A stretch of DNA of 64,000 nucleotides from Selaginella moellendorffii (Eukaryota > Plantae > Lycopodiophyta), in assembly GCF_000143415.4 (NCBI RefSeq), contig NW_003314269.1, positions 2,845,060 through 2,909,059 of the forward strand. The letters are read 5' to 3'. The first letter of the stretch is position 1. Each line of letters begins with the position of its first letter. The notes under the pieces are model-generated. The model searched no databases. It was not told the origin of the DNA and saw nothing but the letters and a program-made list of their open reading frames with translations. A program made the position numbers and the translations under genes. Below are positions 12,370 to 24,200 of the stretch, piece by piece.

Positions 12370-13477
12370 CTATTCCTTGAGCTTGAGCGGTCTGGCCTCG
12401 AATCCCCCCTCGGCTCTCTCCTCCAGATTAAACGGCATATGAGTCCCCAGGATCTTATCCCACATCACGAAGAAAGGCTGCGAGAAGTTATACTTGGTGC
12501 CGAAGAGCTGGTGGTGGATGTCGTGGTAAGCAGCGTTGTTCCGGAAGATGGTGTGGAAGGGATTCCCCGGGATCATGATCCCGCAGTGATCATCCACCGT
12601 CTTGATCGTCGCGAACGAGAAGAAGAAGACCGCTGTTCGTGGTGTCATACCCGAGGCGAGAAACGAGAGCGCGCCCCCGACCGTGTCGAGCAAGAGGCCC
12701 TCGAGAGGATGGTTGTAGAGGGCGCCGAAAGCGTAAGGCACGACGAGCCGGTGGTGGTGAGAGTGGACGTGACGGTAGAGGAACTTGTTGACGTGCATCA
12801 GGCGGTGGACAAAGTACTGCCAAGTATCCATCACCAGCATCGCAACCACGAACTGGAAGAGTTGCATCGCCAGCGGTGGCTGGACGGGATTTTTCTCGTC
12901 GCTCGGCTTCTGAGATGTGATCTGCAAAGAATAAGGTTGAGTGTTAGAACTATCGGAGGAATAAAAATCAAACTTTGCAGCACCAGATCAAGGACAAGAA
13001 GGTAACCGAGCTTTCAAGAGTTTGAAATAAAGCAAAAAACTCCATCCAACTCGCTAAATCTACCGAGAAACTCCACCACACTATCTAACTAGCGGAAGTT
13101 TTAACCAAAAATAAATAAATAATTTGGACAGGAAAAAAAAATCGTTCGGAAAAACAGTGCTTTCACGAAACGAAACACTAACGAGAATGGCCAGGAATTT
13201 GACAACGAACGCTACCTCACATTTTCCACAAAAGAGATAGAGATCTCACCGAGAAGAGCAAAATCGCCATAGACGCTTGAATTCCCTGCTGGAGCAGCAC
13301 GCCTTTGATGACTGTCGGCATAGTCACCAGATTTCTGCTACTTTCCTTGCGTGAGTGAAGCCTCAAGTGATCCAGCGGAGGCAGCAAGTGGTAAAAACCG
13401 GCATAAACCCAGTAGACCACCAACGGCAGCACCGTTCCCATCAATTCATCGCTTGCATAGCCTTCCCAGAACACCAT
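12370..13477 (-). CDS. SBH: Sphingoid base (sphinganine C4) hydroxylase, 2 exons (13477-13250, 12921-12370)
   Basis: SDELMGTVLPLVVYWVYAG; His boxes HRLMH, HSHHH and HDIHH; YNFSQPFFVMWDKILGT. Confidence 0.93.
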
Positions 13478-14281
13478 TCTTGCTGAAAATCCTTGAAATT
13501 CGTCACAAATCCTATGCCCTGCTCCCAAATTCTAAAAGCCCCGCTCTAGGCGCTGTTCATCGATTCGCGATATCCGTGCTCGCGGATCACCCAAGAACAC
13601 ACCTAGCATTGCCTGCCTGCGGGTCGCATCGATCTTATAGGGTAAAATCGCAGGCTCTCAGCTCCAATACCACGCGCATCCTTCTCCCCACAGCGAAGAA
13701 CCCTAGAGGCGGTCAAGAAAGAGAGGTTAAACCAGCTTATTTAGATTGTCTGTTTAACTACCGCAACACCCAACAAGTCCAAGGCTCGAAGCCGGCGAGC
13801 GTTACGCCCATCCGTCGATTCCCGTTCCTTTGGTGCTGTGTCCCTAGGGTTTCTTTCTCTCTTCTTCTTGCATCGCCCGCTCGCCCATAGCTAGGGCTCG
13901 CCGATCTCTCCTCTCCCCCACCGCATCCTGGCGCGACCGATCTCCTCGCCTTGTCGCGGCGCGAATTGGCGCGATGCAGCAGCATTTCGACCGCGGTATG
14001 CCGGCCGTATGATCGTCACTCTTCCTTGTTCGTTCCGGGCATTCTTGGGGGGCTACATTTGTCCCACAGCGTGTTGAATCCCCGCTCGGCAAATTTTGGA
14101 AGCATCACGAATCCAAATCCAGAGCAAGCAACAAAGCTGGTTTTTATATTCGAGAATTTCTTCTTTACTGGGAGCTGGATCCATCGTTGAGAGAAAAGAG
14201 AGATGCTGGAATCCACTCGGGCAGCGGCATTAGCGAGCAGAATGGACTCTCCTCCCCGAGCTTGTAAGTGTTAAATTCCCC

Positions 14282-15451
14282 ATGGCTCAAAAGGTAGATC
14301 CTCCCGGTGGCATCGCTCATCCCGGCAAGCACTACTACATGCTCTGGCGCAGCTTGTTCGAGATAGATCAGAGGTATGCGCCGATCAAGCCGATTGGCAA
14401 GGGAGCTTACGGCGTTGTGTGCTCGGCCACAAACTCCGAGTCTGGCGAGAAGGTGGCGATCAAAAAGATTACCAACGCGTTCGAGAACACCACGGACGCG
14501 CGGAGGACTCTGCGAGAGATCCGGCTTCTCCGCCATCTTTACCACGAGAACATAATTGGGATCAAGGACATCATGAAGCCGGTGGGAAGATCGTCATTCA
14601 ACGATGTCTATCTCGTCTACGAGCTCATGGACACGGATCTACACCAGATCATCAGATCCTCGCAGGCATTGACGGATGATCACTGCCAATACTTCATCTA
14701 TCAGGTACGTAGCTAGCAAAAAAGCTCCTTTTGTTTCAAAGTGCTAAGAGCTCGTTTCAAGCAGCTGCTACGAGGACTCAAGTATGTCCACTCGGCTAAT
14801 GTTCTTCACCGGGATCTCAAGCCCAGCAATCTCCTCCTGAACGCGAGCTGCGATCTCAAGATCTGTGACTTCGGCCTGGCGAGAACTGGCAGTGACAAGG
14901 GCCAGTTCATGACCGAGTACGTTGTCACGCGGTGGTACCGAGCTCCGGAGCTCCTGCTCTCGTGCGAAGAGTACACGAGCGCGATCGATATGTGGTCAGT
15001 GGGCTGCATCTTTGCGGAGCTGCTGGGCCGGAAGCCAATCTTCCCGGGCAAGGACTACATCCACCAGCTCAAGCTCATCATCAACACGATTGGATCGCCC
15101 GAGGAGGACGACCTGCAGTTCATCCTGAGCAACAAGGCCAGGAGCTACATCCGCTCGCTGCCGTTTGCTCCAAAGATCCCGCTGGAGCGCCTCTATCCGA
15201 GAGCCAATCCACTGGCGCTCAACCTCATCGACCAGATGCTCGTGTTTGATCCGAAGAAGCGGCTCACGGTCACAGACGCGCTGGAGCATCCGTATCTCTC
15301 GATGCTCCACGACGCGGCGCTGGAGCCATCGGCATCCGCGGCGTTCGAGTTTGATTTCGAGGATGAGGAGCTCCGAGAGGACGCGCTAAGAGAGAAAGTA
15401 TGGAACGAGATGTGTTACTACCACCCAGAGGCTACCAATGAGTATAGCTAA
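14282..15451 (+). CDS. MAP kinase, TEY type, group C (MPK1/2/7/14-like), 2 exons (14282-14704, 14765-15451)
   Basis: [16 protein letters not shown]-terminus typical of group C; GKGAYG, HRDLKP, DFG, TEY and TRWYRAPE; single 60-nt intron. Confidence 0.94.
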
Positions 15452-15598
15452 AAGAACAAAGAGAAATAGAAAACATCAAGAACTTCCAGGTCTCAAGAAC
15501 CCTAACCGTTGTCCGACGTGGTGTGACAGCGCGGAGTGACCATGCTGACGTGGATTGGATAGCATTAGGGTTTCTTGTTATTTATCTTCTCTTGATCG

Positions 15599-16876
15599 AT
15601 GGTGGAGGAGCTCGATTTCGATGTGGAGATCGGCAGCGCGGGCATTGGCGATGGCGGCGACGAGGATTTCGATGAGGAGTACGAGGATCTCTACGACGAT
15701 GTAAATGTAGGGTTCTTTCCCCAGGAAGCGGCTGCTCCTCCAGCTCGTCCAGCGCCATCGCCAGTAGCGGCAGCGCCAGGGAAGGGATCTGGTGAGCTCT
15801 ACCCCAGGGACGAGCAGGACAGCACGACAGCGCCGGCTAGGGTTAATGCGGCGCCAGAGAGTTTCAGCAAGGATGAAGATCCTCCCATTGCCACTGGCGA
15901 GAGCGCTGCTCCAGCAGCTCCTATCGATTCTTCGCCAGGGATTCTCGCTCGGCCGCCACCGCAGCAGCAGCAGTTCGTGGATGCGAATGCGAAGGCGGGG
16001 ATTTTCATCTCGGAGCTTCACTGGTGGACGACAGACGCCGATCTGGAGGCCGCGCTGGCGGATTTCGGGCGGCACAAGGGGCTGAAATTCTCCGAGGAGA
16101 GAGCCAGTGGCAAATCCAAGGGCTACTGCCAGGTTGAGTTCTACGATCCACTCGCGGCCCAGCAATGCAAGGAGCAGCTCAATGGCAGGATTTTCAATGG
16201 GCGCCCTTGCGTCGTCCAGTACGCCACGCCCCAAGTCCTCAAGCAAGTAAACGCGAAGAGCCAGAGCCAGAGCCAGCCATCGCAAGCAGCGCAAGCTCCA
16301 CAGCAAGGCCAGGCCGGGAAGAAAAATAGCGGCGGTGGCGGGGGTGGTGGCGGCGGTGGTAGAGGACGAGGACGCGGCCGTGGTGGTGGTGGTAACAATG
16401 GACAACTTCCGCTAGGAGGAATGGGGCTGTTTGGGGATCCGGGCTTTGTTCCTCCGATGAGACCGGGCATTTTCGGGATGGGATTCATGCCGCGGGGTCC
16501 TGCGTATCCGATGCACTACCCGGGCGTGCCGCCACCTCACGTAAATCCAGCGTTCTTCGGACGGGGCGGAGCAAACGGGCACGCGATCGCGAATGCTGGA
16601 GGGTGGAGTAGCGGCGGATGGGAGGAGAGCGAGCGGGGCGGCGGTGGCGGGTATGGTTTCGAGGACGAGGATGGCCGAGGTAGCGGCAAAGAAACCGGCA
16701 AAGCTTCGCGGGATCACAAGGATGGAAAGGATTTGGATCGCGAGAAAGAGAGGCAGCAACACAGGGACAGTAGAGATCGGGATCACAACGCTAACAAGCC
16801 CAGCAGCCATAGCTACAAATCGAGAGAGAAAGGAGAGGATTATAGCGACGAGTATAGCAAGAGGCGGCGCCACTGA
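15599..16876 (+). CDS. CPSF6: Cleavage factor Im large subunit (CFIm68/CPSF6-like) RRM protein
   Basis: DLYDDV N-terminal motif; RRM IFISELHWWTTDADLE...ERASGKSKGYCQVEF; PPHVNPAFFGRG; RD/RE-rich tail. Confidence 0.85.
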   Translation: MVEELDFDVEIGSAGIGDGGDEDFDEEYEDLYDDVNVGFFPQEAAAPPARPAPSPVAAAPGKGSGELYPRDEQDSTTAPARVNAAPESFSKDEDPPIATGESAAPAAPIDSSPGILARPPPQQQQFVDANAKAGIFISELHWWTTDADLEAALADFGRHKGLKFSEERASGKSKGYCQVEFYDPLAAQQCKEQLNGRIFNGRPCVVQYATPQVLKQVNAKSQSQSQPSQAAQAPQQGQAGKKNSGGGGGGGGGGRGRGRGRGGGGNNGQLPLGGMGLFGDPGFVPPMRPGIFGMGFMPRGPAYPMHYPGVPPPHVNPAFFGRGGANGHAIANAGGWSSGGWEESERGGGGGYGFEDEDGRGSGKETGKASRDHKDGKDLDREKERQQHRDSRDRDHNANKPSSHSYKSREKGEDYSDEYSKRRRH

Positions 16877-16993
16877 CAATGCTTTGCGAAGATCATCTAT
16901 GGTGATCGATACTACTACTAATTTTTTCGTTTGGCCTTTCGTATGACGTGAGTAGGTTATAAACCCTAAATCCTCGCATATTTTCAATGTGCC

Positions 16994-19134
16994 ATGGCGG
17001 TCCCTCGCCTCCTCGACACTTGTTGCGCGGCCATATCCAATGGCGTCTTCCAGCGCTCGTTCTTCCGTCGATCGAGAGGGATAGCGGCTTGTTCGTTTCG
17101 ATCCAGGTATTCCTTGGCAGCTGCTGCTGCTGCTGCCGCGGCGCCGAAATCCAAGAAGCAGCGCAATGTCCCGACGCTGCTGGAGATCGAGGCGCTGGCG
17201 GTGGAGGAATCGCAATCGCCGCGGCTGGAGAGGGGCCAGGTCGTGAATGCGCTGCTGTCGCTGCTGGAGCGCCATGGGATTCCTTCACGGTACGCTTTCG
17301 AAGTTCTCAGGGAGGCCGACGAGATTATCAGCGCCTTGCAAGAGGAGCAAGAAGATGCTACATTTTCCGATACGCACGATCCGCGCAGCAATCTTTCTTC
17401 CCAGGCACCGAGAGCTGCCGAGAGCGGCGTCTCGACAGTGCTGGCCCGTGCCGAAGAGAAGAATTTCTCCAAGCTGGTTTCCTACTTCCACAAGCTCGGG
17501 ATCAAAGCCTCGGATGTGTCAAAGGTGATGCCGTTCGTTCTAGAGTCGGGCGTAGAGCCAGTGGACACAATGGTGGAGTTTCTCCAAGGCGTTGGTGTCA
17601 AGTACAACTCCTTGGCTAGAGTGATCGTGGCGTGGCCCAAGATTTTCCACCATCACCCCAACGATCTAGCTCCCGCTGTCGTGGTACTCAACCGGCTCGG
17701 TTTCACGTCCATGAGCCTCTCGAGTTTGGTGGCGAGAGCTCCACTGCTGCTCTCGAGAAGCGCGGATGATCTCACTCAGTGTGTCACGTACATGGCGAGC
17801 ATTGGCTTGTCTCGCAGAGACACGGAAAGGCTTGTCAACCGGTATCCATCGGTTCTCATGGATGGGGAAAAGCTGAAAAGCCTGGTAACTTATCTGGAAA
17901 GCATTGGAGTTCGGCAAACCAGCATCGGACGGATCATCTCCAGAAAGCTTTCTCTTCTCGAGACGGACGCTCAGGGTCTGGCTCCCTTGGTAGATTTTCT
18001 AAAGAGCACCAACGCCACCGCCGACGACATCAATAAGATTCTCTATCTGTATCCAGGACTTCTGGGATACAGTCCTGAGGTGAGAAGCTCTGCCATTTTC
18101 TCTAGTAATCACCCTGAGCTTGATTTGCAGGCCCTTCGCCGAGTAGTGTCTTTTCTCGAGAATCTGGGCGTGCCACCATTGCTGATGGGAAAACTGCTTA
18201 GAAGACACCCGCGACTGCTGGCGATCAAGCATGACATGCAGGAGAGAGTTGAGTTTCTCTTCAGCTTGGGCCTAGTGCGCAAGGACCTTGGCAAAGTGAG
18301 TATAGTTTCTTTAAAGTATCTGTGCTGTTGAAAGTATTGCAGGTTTTGTTTAAAGCTCCGCAGCTGATGACTCTTCACATCAAGGACAACATGATACCGA
18401 CCGTGCGCTTCCTTGCGAGTCTCGGTGTTGATGTCGTCAGGGTCTGTGCAGTCATTCGTTCACGTTTCCATCTACCTAACGGATTTTCAACTTTCGCAAG
18501 GTTATGCGGTCCAAGCCAATGGTTCTGGGCTTGAACGTGGAAACCAAGATCCGTCCGAACCTCAAGTTCATACAAAATCTAGGCATTGACTCGGAAAGCA
18601 TCGGCAAGTAAGCAGCACTTTGCCGGGCCCTTGCTTGACTTCTGAATAACTTCCCTCTCGTGATGACAAGGGTGCTCAGCCTCATTTGCTGACTTTGAGC
18701 ATCGACAAGAAACTACAGCCAACTGTGTGCTTCTTCCTGGATTTCAAAGGCAAGTGTTACAACAAAATCTCTTCGTTCTTTATTTGTGTGGTCCTGCATG
18801 CAGGAAGGAAATTTCCGACATGGTGAAAAGATTGCCATCGCTCCTGGGCTTCAGCATCGCGACGCTTCTGGTTCCCAAGTACGAGTTTTTCATGAAAGCC
18901 ATGCATCGGCCTCAGCGCGAGCTCGTTCATTTCCCTCAGTTCTTCAGCTACAGCCTCAACAAGAGGCTCATACGCCGGTTCGAGCGCCTGGGGAAACACT
19001 TTCACGAACAAGGTCTGAGTAGCGTGTATAGCTGTAGTGACTTGGTTTTCGAGGAGAGGTTCGCAGAATTTTTGGAAAAGTCCAAGTCGCCCGAGAGCAA
19101 CACCAGGGATTGTAAGCAGCAAGGAGCCATGTGA
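16994..19134 (+). CDS. mTERF family protein, organelle-targeted, multi-exon
   Basis: Repeated mTERF motifs (VEFLQGVGV, YPGLLGYS, PQLM, PTVRFLASLG) and C-terminal PQFFSYSLNKRLIRR; basic N-terminal targeting peptide. Confidence 0.87.
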
Positions 19135-19858
19135 AGCTTTGCGAGCGGGCACACGCCATCAACGTCAAGGTCCAAGCACAGCATCTTCAATCCTCGTTTA
19201 TTACGCTCTCATTCAAACGCTGACATTTGTTTTCGCTTGCATTTGTCTAATGCTTTCTTCCAGGGCCCGTGGCAGGAAATTAAGACAGCTTTGCGTTGTT
19301 GCTGTCGTCGCCGGCCCTTGCTGCTGTCAGGGAACATGAAACGGATCTTCGAGCCACTGCTGTTAAAGTCGGCAGCTACAGCGTTGCTGTTGCTGCTCGG
19401 AGCCAGAGTAGCCAGGATCGATGATCTTATTTTAGCGGCGAGTGAATTATATAGAGTTTACAACAGCAACAGGTACACTATATTTCTTCGCTCTTCTCCT
19501 TAGCCGCTCACTGACTGACCCGTTTTCTTTTCCTGATTTCAACTCTCAACCAGGTGTCCGATCCATTGACTGCCGACATGTGTCACACAGCAACCTGTAG
19601 CAAAAAACCGGATCGAGCCATTTAACTTCGACGGATTACTTTTTCGGACAGACTCAAGCCTCCCTCAGAGCTAGCAGCCAGGCACAGCACCATATACAGG
19701 GAAAGCATCCACAGCCCAGTGCGCAGCAGCAGCAACTCCTGCTAGAGATAATATCGAGATACTATTAAGGCGCCGACAAAGCCTTGCCCGAGATGTTGGA
19801 GAGTCCGACAACGACACCACCGAAGAAGAACAGTGGCCCGAAATTCCGGGCGTCGGCT

Positions 19859-21814
19859 TTAGCAGCACTCCCAGGCCGACGCAGCGACCAGGGGCCGACT
19901 GTGCCACCCAAGCGTGAGGCAGCCATCTTTCTCCTCCACCCGGTATCCGTCCCCCGAGAAGAGCGTGAGCAGCATGTTGGCCTGCTTGAACGCGTTGGAG
20001 CCGAGATACAGCGGCTGGAAGCCCGACCTCGCCATCCGGATCCGCCACTGCGTCAGCGTCTCATGCCGCTCGGTCCGCGCGGCACCCTCGCAGGCAACGA
20101 TGTTACCAATCTCCTGTCCCAGGTACGTCTCGGCTACCATCTGTTCCACACTCCCGGGAGCTAAGTTGCAGGCCTCGAGCGAGTCGAACATGGTGGAGTA
20201 GTAGTGGAGTGCCGCCATGAAGCGCTCCATGAACACCGGACTGTTGTGATCGGCGTCCTGCTCCACCAGCGTCACGATCTTCGGCTTCAAGTTACGTACC
20301 AGCCGGAGAACCTCGTCGATAGGACTGGACCGACGGCCTCCGCCACCATTGCCGCCAGCCGCCGGATTCCCCCCATCCGACGGCTCCTCGACGAGCGCCT
20401 TGTGCATCTGGAACACCGAGTTGACGGCCACAGCCTCGCCGCGACGCACGGTAAGCATCCAGGGCTGGACGTCGTTGAGCCGCGCGGCAACCACGCCGTG
20501 GAACGCAAAGTCGACGTTGACAGAGTCGGCGAGCTGCGCGAGCTTGAGACCGATCTCATGGAGGAGGTCGTGGCGGTGGGGCTGCGGCGGGCCGATGCCG
20601 GTGAGGCGGAGCGTTGGCGGACCGCCGGGGCGGAGGGCCAGCGCCTGGATGAGAGCCGGCCACTGGAGGCCATACTGGAGGTCCAAGTCCACGACGTGGA
20701 CGCTCTTGTGGCCCTCGAGCGCTTCCAGGATGGCCTGGTTGGCGGTGAAGTGCGCGAACTTGAGGTACGGACACGTCTCGTAGAAGTGGAAATGTAGGAT
20801 CTCATCCATGGCGCCGTTGTTGGTGTTTCCAGGATCGCTGCTCTCTTCTTTGAATTGCTGCTGGCGCTGCTGCTGCTGCTGAGACTGGTGGTGATGATAC
20901 TGGCGATCTCCGCCACCACCAACACCGCCGCCACCATTGTAGCAGCTGTTTTGGATCCTCCTCGAGAGGGCCTCCACGAACTGGGTGGCGACGCGAGCCA
21001 TGGCGCTGCTGCTGCTGCTGGGGTGCGCGACGAGCATCCGGAGCTGCGCCACCATGTCGCCGGCGGCGGCGAGGTCCCCGCGCTGGACGGCGTTTGCGCA
21101 GGCGAGCAGGAGGTGGACGAGGCGGACACCGCTCAATTCGTCGCTCTCCTGGATGGTGGGCATGGCGGCGGCTGACGCCATACCGCCGGCGGCATGTGGC
21201 GGTATGCCGTGGGGTGACGTCGATGAGGAAGAGCCTGATGCCGGCCTCGGTGTGGTGGAAGCAGCAATTTGCGAGTGAGATGCTACTACTCCTACCTCGT
21301 TCTTGCTAAGATCCATCTGGTCGGCGTAGAGCACGTTTGGATTGAAGGCGGCGCCGTAGCCTTGCTGCTGGTGGGAGGAGAATGGCGGCGGGGGCGGCGG
21401 TATACCGCCGAAATCCAGCTGCTGCTGTTGCTGCTGATGAGTGATCGTGGTGACCACCGATTCCATATCGGAGGACGAGGTAGCGGTGGGCTGCTGCGGA
21501 ACGAGCTCGTCCAGCATGCCCTCGATCCAGCTGACCAGATCCGACGGGTTGTAGTGGACGGTGTCTTGTGCCAGGATGTCCGCGGGCGCCGCCGCCCCTA
21601 GCAGGCTGTCGAGCTCCTCGATCCGCTGCGCGACGTGGGTTAGATCGCTGGCCCGCACATTATAGCCGGCGTGCGCGAGCAGCTCGTCCATTCCCATCGC
21701 CGATTCCTCCTCCTTCCACTGCATCATCGGCTGGAAATCGCCGCCCTGCGCTCCTACCGGGATCATCCGGCTCTTCCTTTCGTAGACCGCCTCGAGCATA
21801 TCCATATCCTCCAT
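19859..21814 (-). CDS. DELLA: DELLA protein (GRAS family gibberellin signalling repressor), intronless, 651 aa
   Basis: MDELLA, AQRIEELD, TVHYNPSDL, VHVVD, QWPALIQALALRPGGPP, RHETL and HSRPLVAASAW. Confidence 0.97.
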   Translation of the reverse strand: MEDMDMLEAVYERKSRMIPVGAQGGDFQPMMQWKEEESAMGMDELLAHAGYNVRASDLTHVAQRIEELDSLLGAAAPADILAQDTVHYNPSDLVSWIEGMLDELVPQQPTATSSSDMESVVTTITHQQQQQQLDFGGIPPPPPPFSSHQQQGYGAAFNPNVLYADQMDLSKNEVGVVASHSQIAASTTPRPASGSSSSTSPHGIPPHAAGGMASAAAMPTIQESDELSGVRLVHLLLACANAVQRGDLAAAGDMVAQLRMLVAHPSSSSSAMARVATQFVEALSRRIQNSCYNGGGGVGGGGDRQYHHHQSQQQQQRQQQFKEESSDPGNTNNGAMDEILHFHFYETCPYLKFAHFTANQAILEALEGHKSVHVVDLDLQYGLQWPALIQALALRPGGPPTLRLTGIGPPQPHRHDLLHEIGLKLAQLADSVNVDFAFHGVVAARLNDVQPWMLTVRRGEAVAVNSVFQMHKALVEEPSDGGNPAAGGNGGGGRRSSPIDEVLRLVRNLKPKIVTLVEQDADHNSPVFMERFMAALHYYSTMFDSLEACNLAPGSVEQMVAETYLGQEIGNIVACEGAARTERHETLTQWRIRMARSGFQPLYLGSNAFKQANMLLTLFSGDGYRVEEKDGCLTLGWHSRPLVAASAWECC

Positions 21815-23599
21815 TCTCTCGCTCGCTCCTGCTATGATCGAGAGTTTTTCTCTATCTGGGTCGATTCAAACCCGGGGTGTGAGGCGCGGTGCTGGATCAG
21901 AGGCCAATTGGGTGCTGGAATTCGCGGAGGGATTTCGTCTCCTCTGCGCCGATGAAGACCGAGTGGCGCGCGATGGTAGCGGAAAGCAAGAGGACAGAGA
22001 AGAAGAAGAAGGGATGGGAGAGTGGGAATGAGCGGTGGTGGAGATGGTAGTGCCGTGGTGGCTCCGTCGCCCTCCTCCTCCTCGGCGCCTCTGAGCGATC
22101 GCCTTGGATCATCCCCTCAACCTAGGTGTCTGCGACACGCATTTTACCCGCGCAATGGGGTCGGGCTGGGAGAAAATTTGGAAAGTAAAACACGTCCTTC
22201 CACGGGGGAGTGTTTGGGCATCCAGTAAAAAATTTGGCCCAACTGGCATAGGCATCCGCAACAGTGGCCGTGAAGGCGATGGCCGCCACCAAAAAATAAG
22301 ATTAACAAGACATTTTAGTGTTAAATCGTTTGTTTGGTTTTGCGGCCTTGTGAATAGTCTTGATTCCGCGAACGAGGATTGCCAAAGATGCTTGTTAGCA
22401 TGCATCCAAACCCCATTCTTCTGGATCGAAAGCATATAAAATTTCACGATCAGGCAAGTTGATCGACTACAGTTTTACTGTTGTAAGGTTCTCCCGGCCG
22501 AAGATTTAGCAATCGCTTCGGCCACGATGTTTGAGCCGCAGCCGTACGACTCGGACATCGCCCGTCCCTTACCCGTCTACACGTCGTTATTGATACGTGG
22601 CGCCCTGCTGTGCATCAGAAGCCATTAAATGCGCGGTGAGGACCATAGTGTCCGTACTACTCCGGGAAAATCAATCGGTGATGTCACCCGTAAAAATGCC
22701 GCTGACATCGAATAACTGCTTAGGGTTAAGTAGTCATTTGCACTGAACTGATGATACGCATGCTATCGGGTTGCTGGAGCCTCGTTGTCAATGGGGGCAA
22801 TGGTCAAGATTTAGGCTCCAGTGTGGGGCATCCCTAAAATTCGATACGGCAGGATGGAAGAAGGTTGTCATGAAAACCATACAATATAATCAAGGCCGAT
22901 AATAAAAAAATTTAGCATACTCTTCTTGCACATGCTGGCCATGCAAAGCTCTGACGACGTTCATGGTAGTACCGTGGCCCATACCGTACTTCTCCTCTAG
23001 TCTCTGCGTCGGGAAAAGAAAAGAAGAATGTACGGCATCAAGTGGCACACGGGTGGACCACTGTGATTGGCCCAGGCTTTGAACCAGTCACGGCCACTGG
23101 GTCGATGGGCCTTGACTGGCTCATTGGGCGTGGGGCCCCTAGAGCGTTGTACGAACAGACCCAGTTTCCTCCACTCTCTTTTCCGTGGGGGTCCATGGCC
23201 ACGAGCAGGAGACCTTTAAGCTTTAAAGAAAAATTCGTAAGGTTTGATTTTGTCTCCCAAGCTTGTGTTGCATGTTAACGTAAAGGATAGAGAAGTCTAG
23301 AACACCTACTTTAGAATGTGGGATTCACAGACTAAAGAGATCACTGGGTATCAGTATTTTTCTTATGTCCCAGATCTTTGGGAAAATGTGTTGGAAGATC
23401 GGTGGCCAGTCTTCAGCAGCAGCCTTTTGGCCAGCCAGCACAAGTCATCCAACTCCAAATTCTTCCAATAATATGAAATAGTTTTTTTTACTTAGGTTTT
23501 AAAAATTAGCATTTATTTATAATCTAAATATATTATCAGTTAAGTATATACTTACCTATGAAATAAACACATTCTAAGTTAGCCTGGCAAAGGCAATAA

Positions 23600-24200
23600 G
23601 GGCCCTTTAGGTTACTTCATATCATTCTTCCCTCCTTATGGAGCTATAGCAAGTTCTTAACAATCTAGACTAAATCATGACATTATTCCTTTGAAGTGAA
23701 GAAGTAAAGCATGTTTACACTTTGGTGATGTTAAAGTAGACCATCATTCAGCTCCTAGAGATTGATGTTAAGAAAGTTAATTTAGCTAACATTCTTGCTC
23801 AAATGTTGGTGAAAACATGTTATAAAACAACTTAGGAGTTGTTAGTTTAGTGGAATAGCTATTCCATAGACAAGGCTATATGGAAAATTGAGGATGACAT
23901 GAAAAAAATGTTTCTAAATTCATTATAATTTAGATAACAGTCCCAAGGAAGGGGAGAATTGTAGTTATATTGCTATAGTTTGAGCCATTGCTTTATTCAT
24001 ATTCTCTTGTTCCATGACTGTATTGTCATATAAGAAAGTTTTATTGTTTTCTTTCTTTTATGGTTACTTATTATATTATTAATATTTTCATTTACACATC
24101 TTTTCTCCATGACCATATGTCTTGGAGAAAAATGAACCACAAAAATATTTTTAAAATATTCTATAACTTAGATGATTTATGGTTGGGAAGTTAGCCTAAG
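23600..24200 (+). mobile_element. Ty1/copia 3' end relic (RNase H tail, PPT, start of LTR)
   Basis: Degenerate IDVKKVN..NILAQMLVK RNase H tail; polypurine tract aaggaaggggagaat at 23945-23959 followed directly by TGTAG. Confidence 0.45.

Noticed and set aside
13351-14280. ORFs or uORFs between SBH and the MAPK
   Set aside because: Mostly non-ATG starts with no recognisable conserved peptide; more likely bidirectional promoter and UTR.
19140-19850. Short ORFs between mTERF and DELLA
   Set aside because: Likely 3' UTR sequence; no motifs or supportable gene model.
9843-21814. Hormone-signalling cluster (PILS, MAPK, DELLA)
   Set aside because: Interspersed with unrelated housekeeping genes; proximity is explained by the compact genome.
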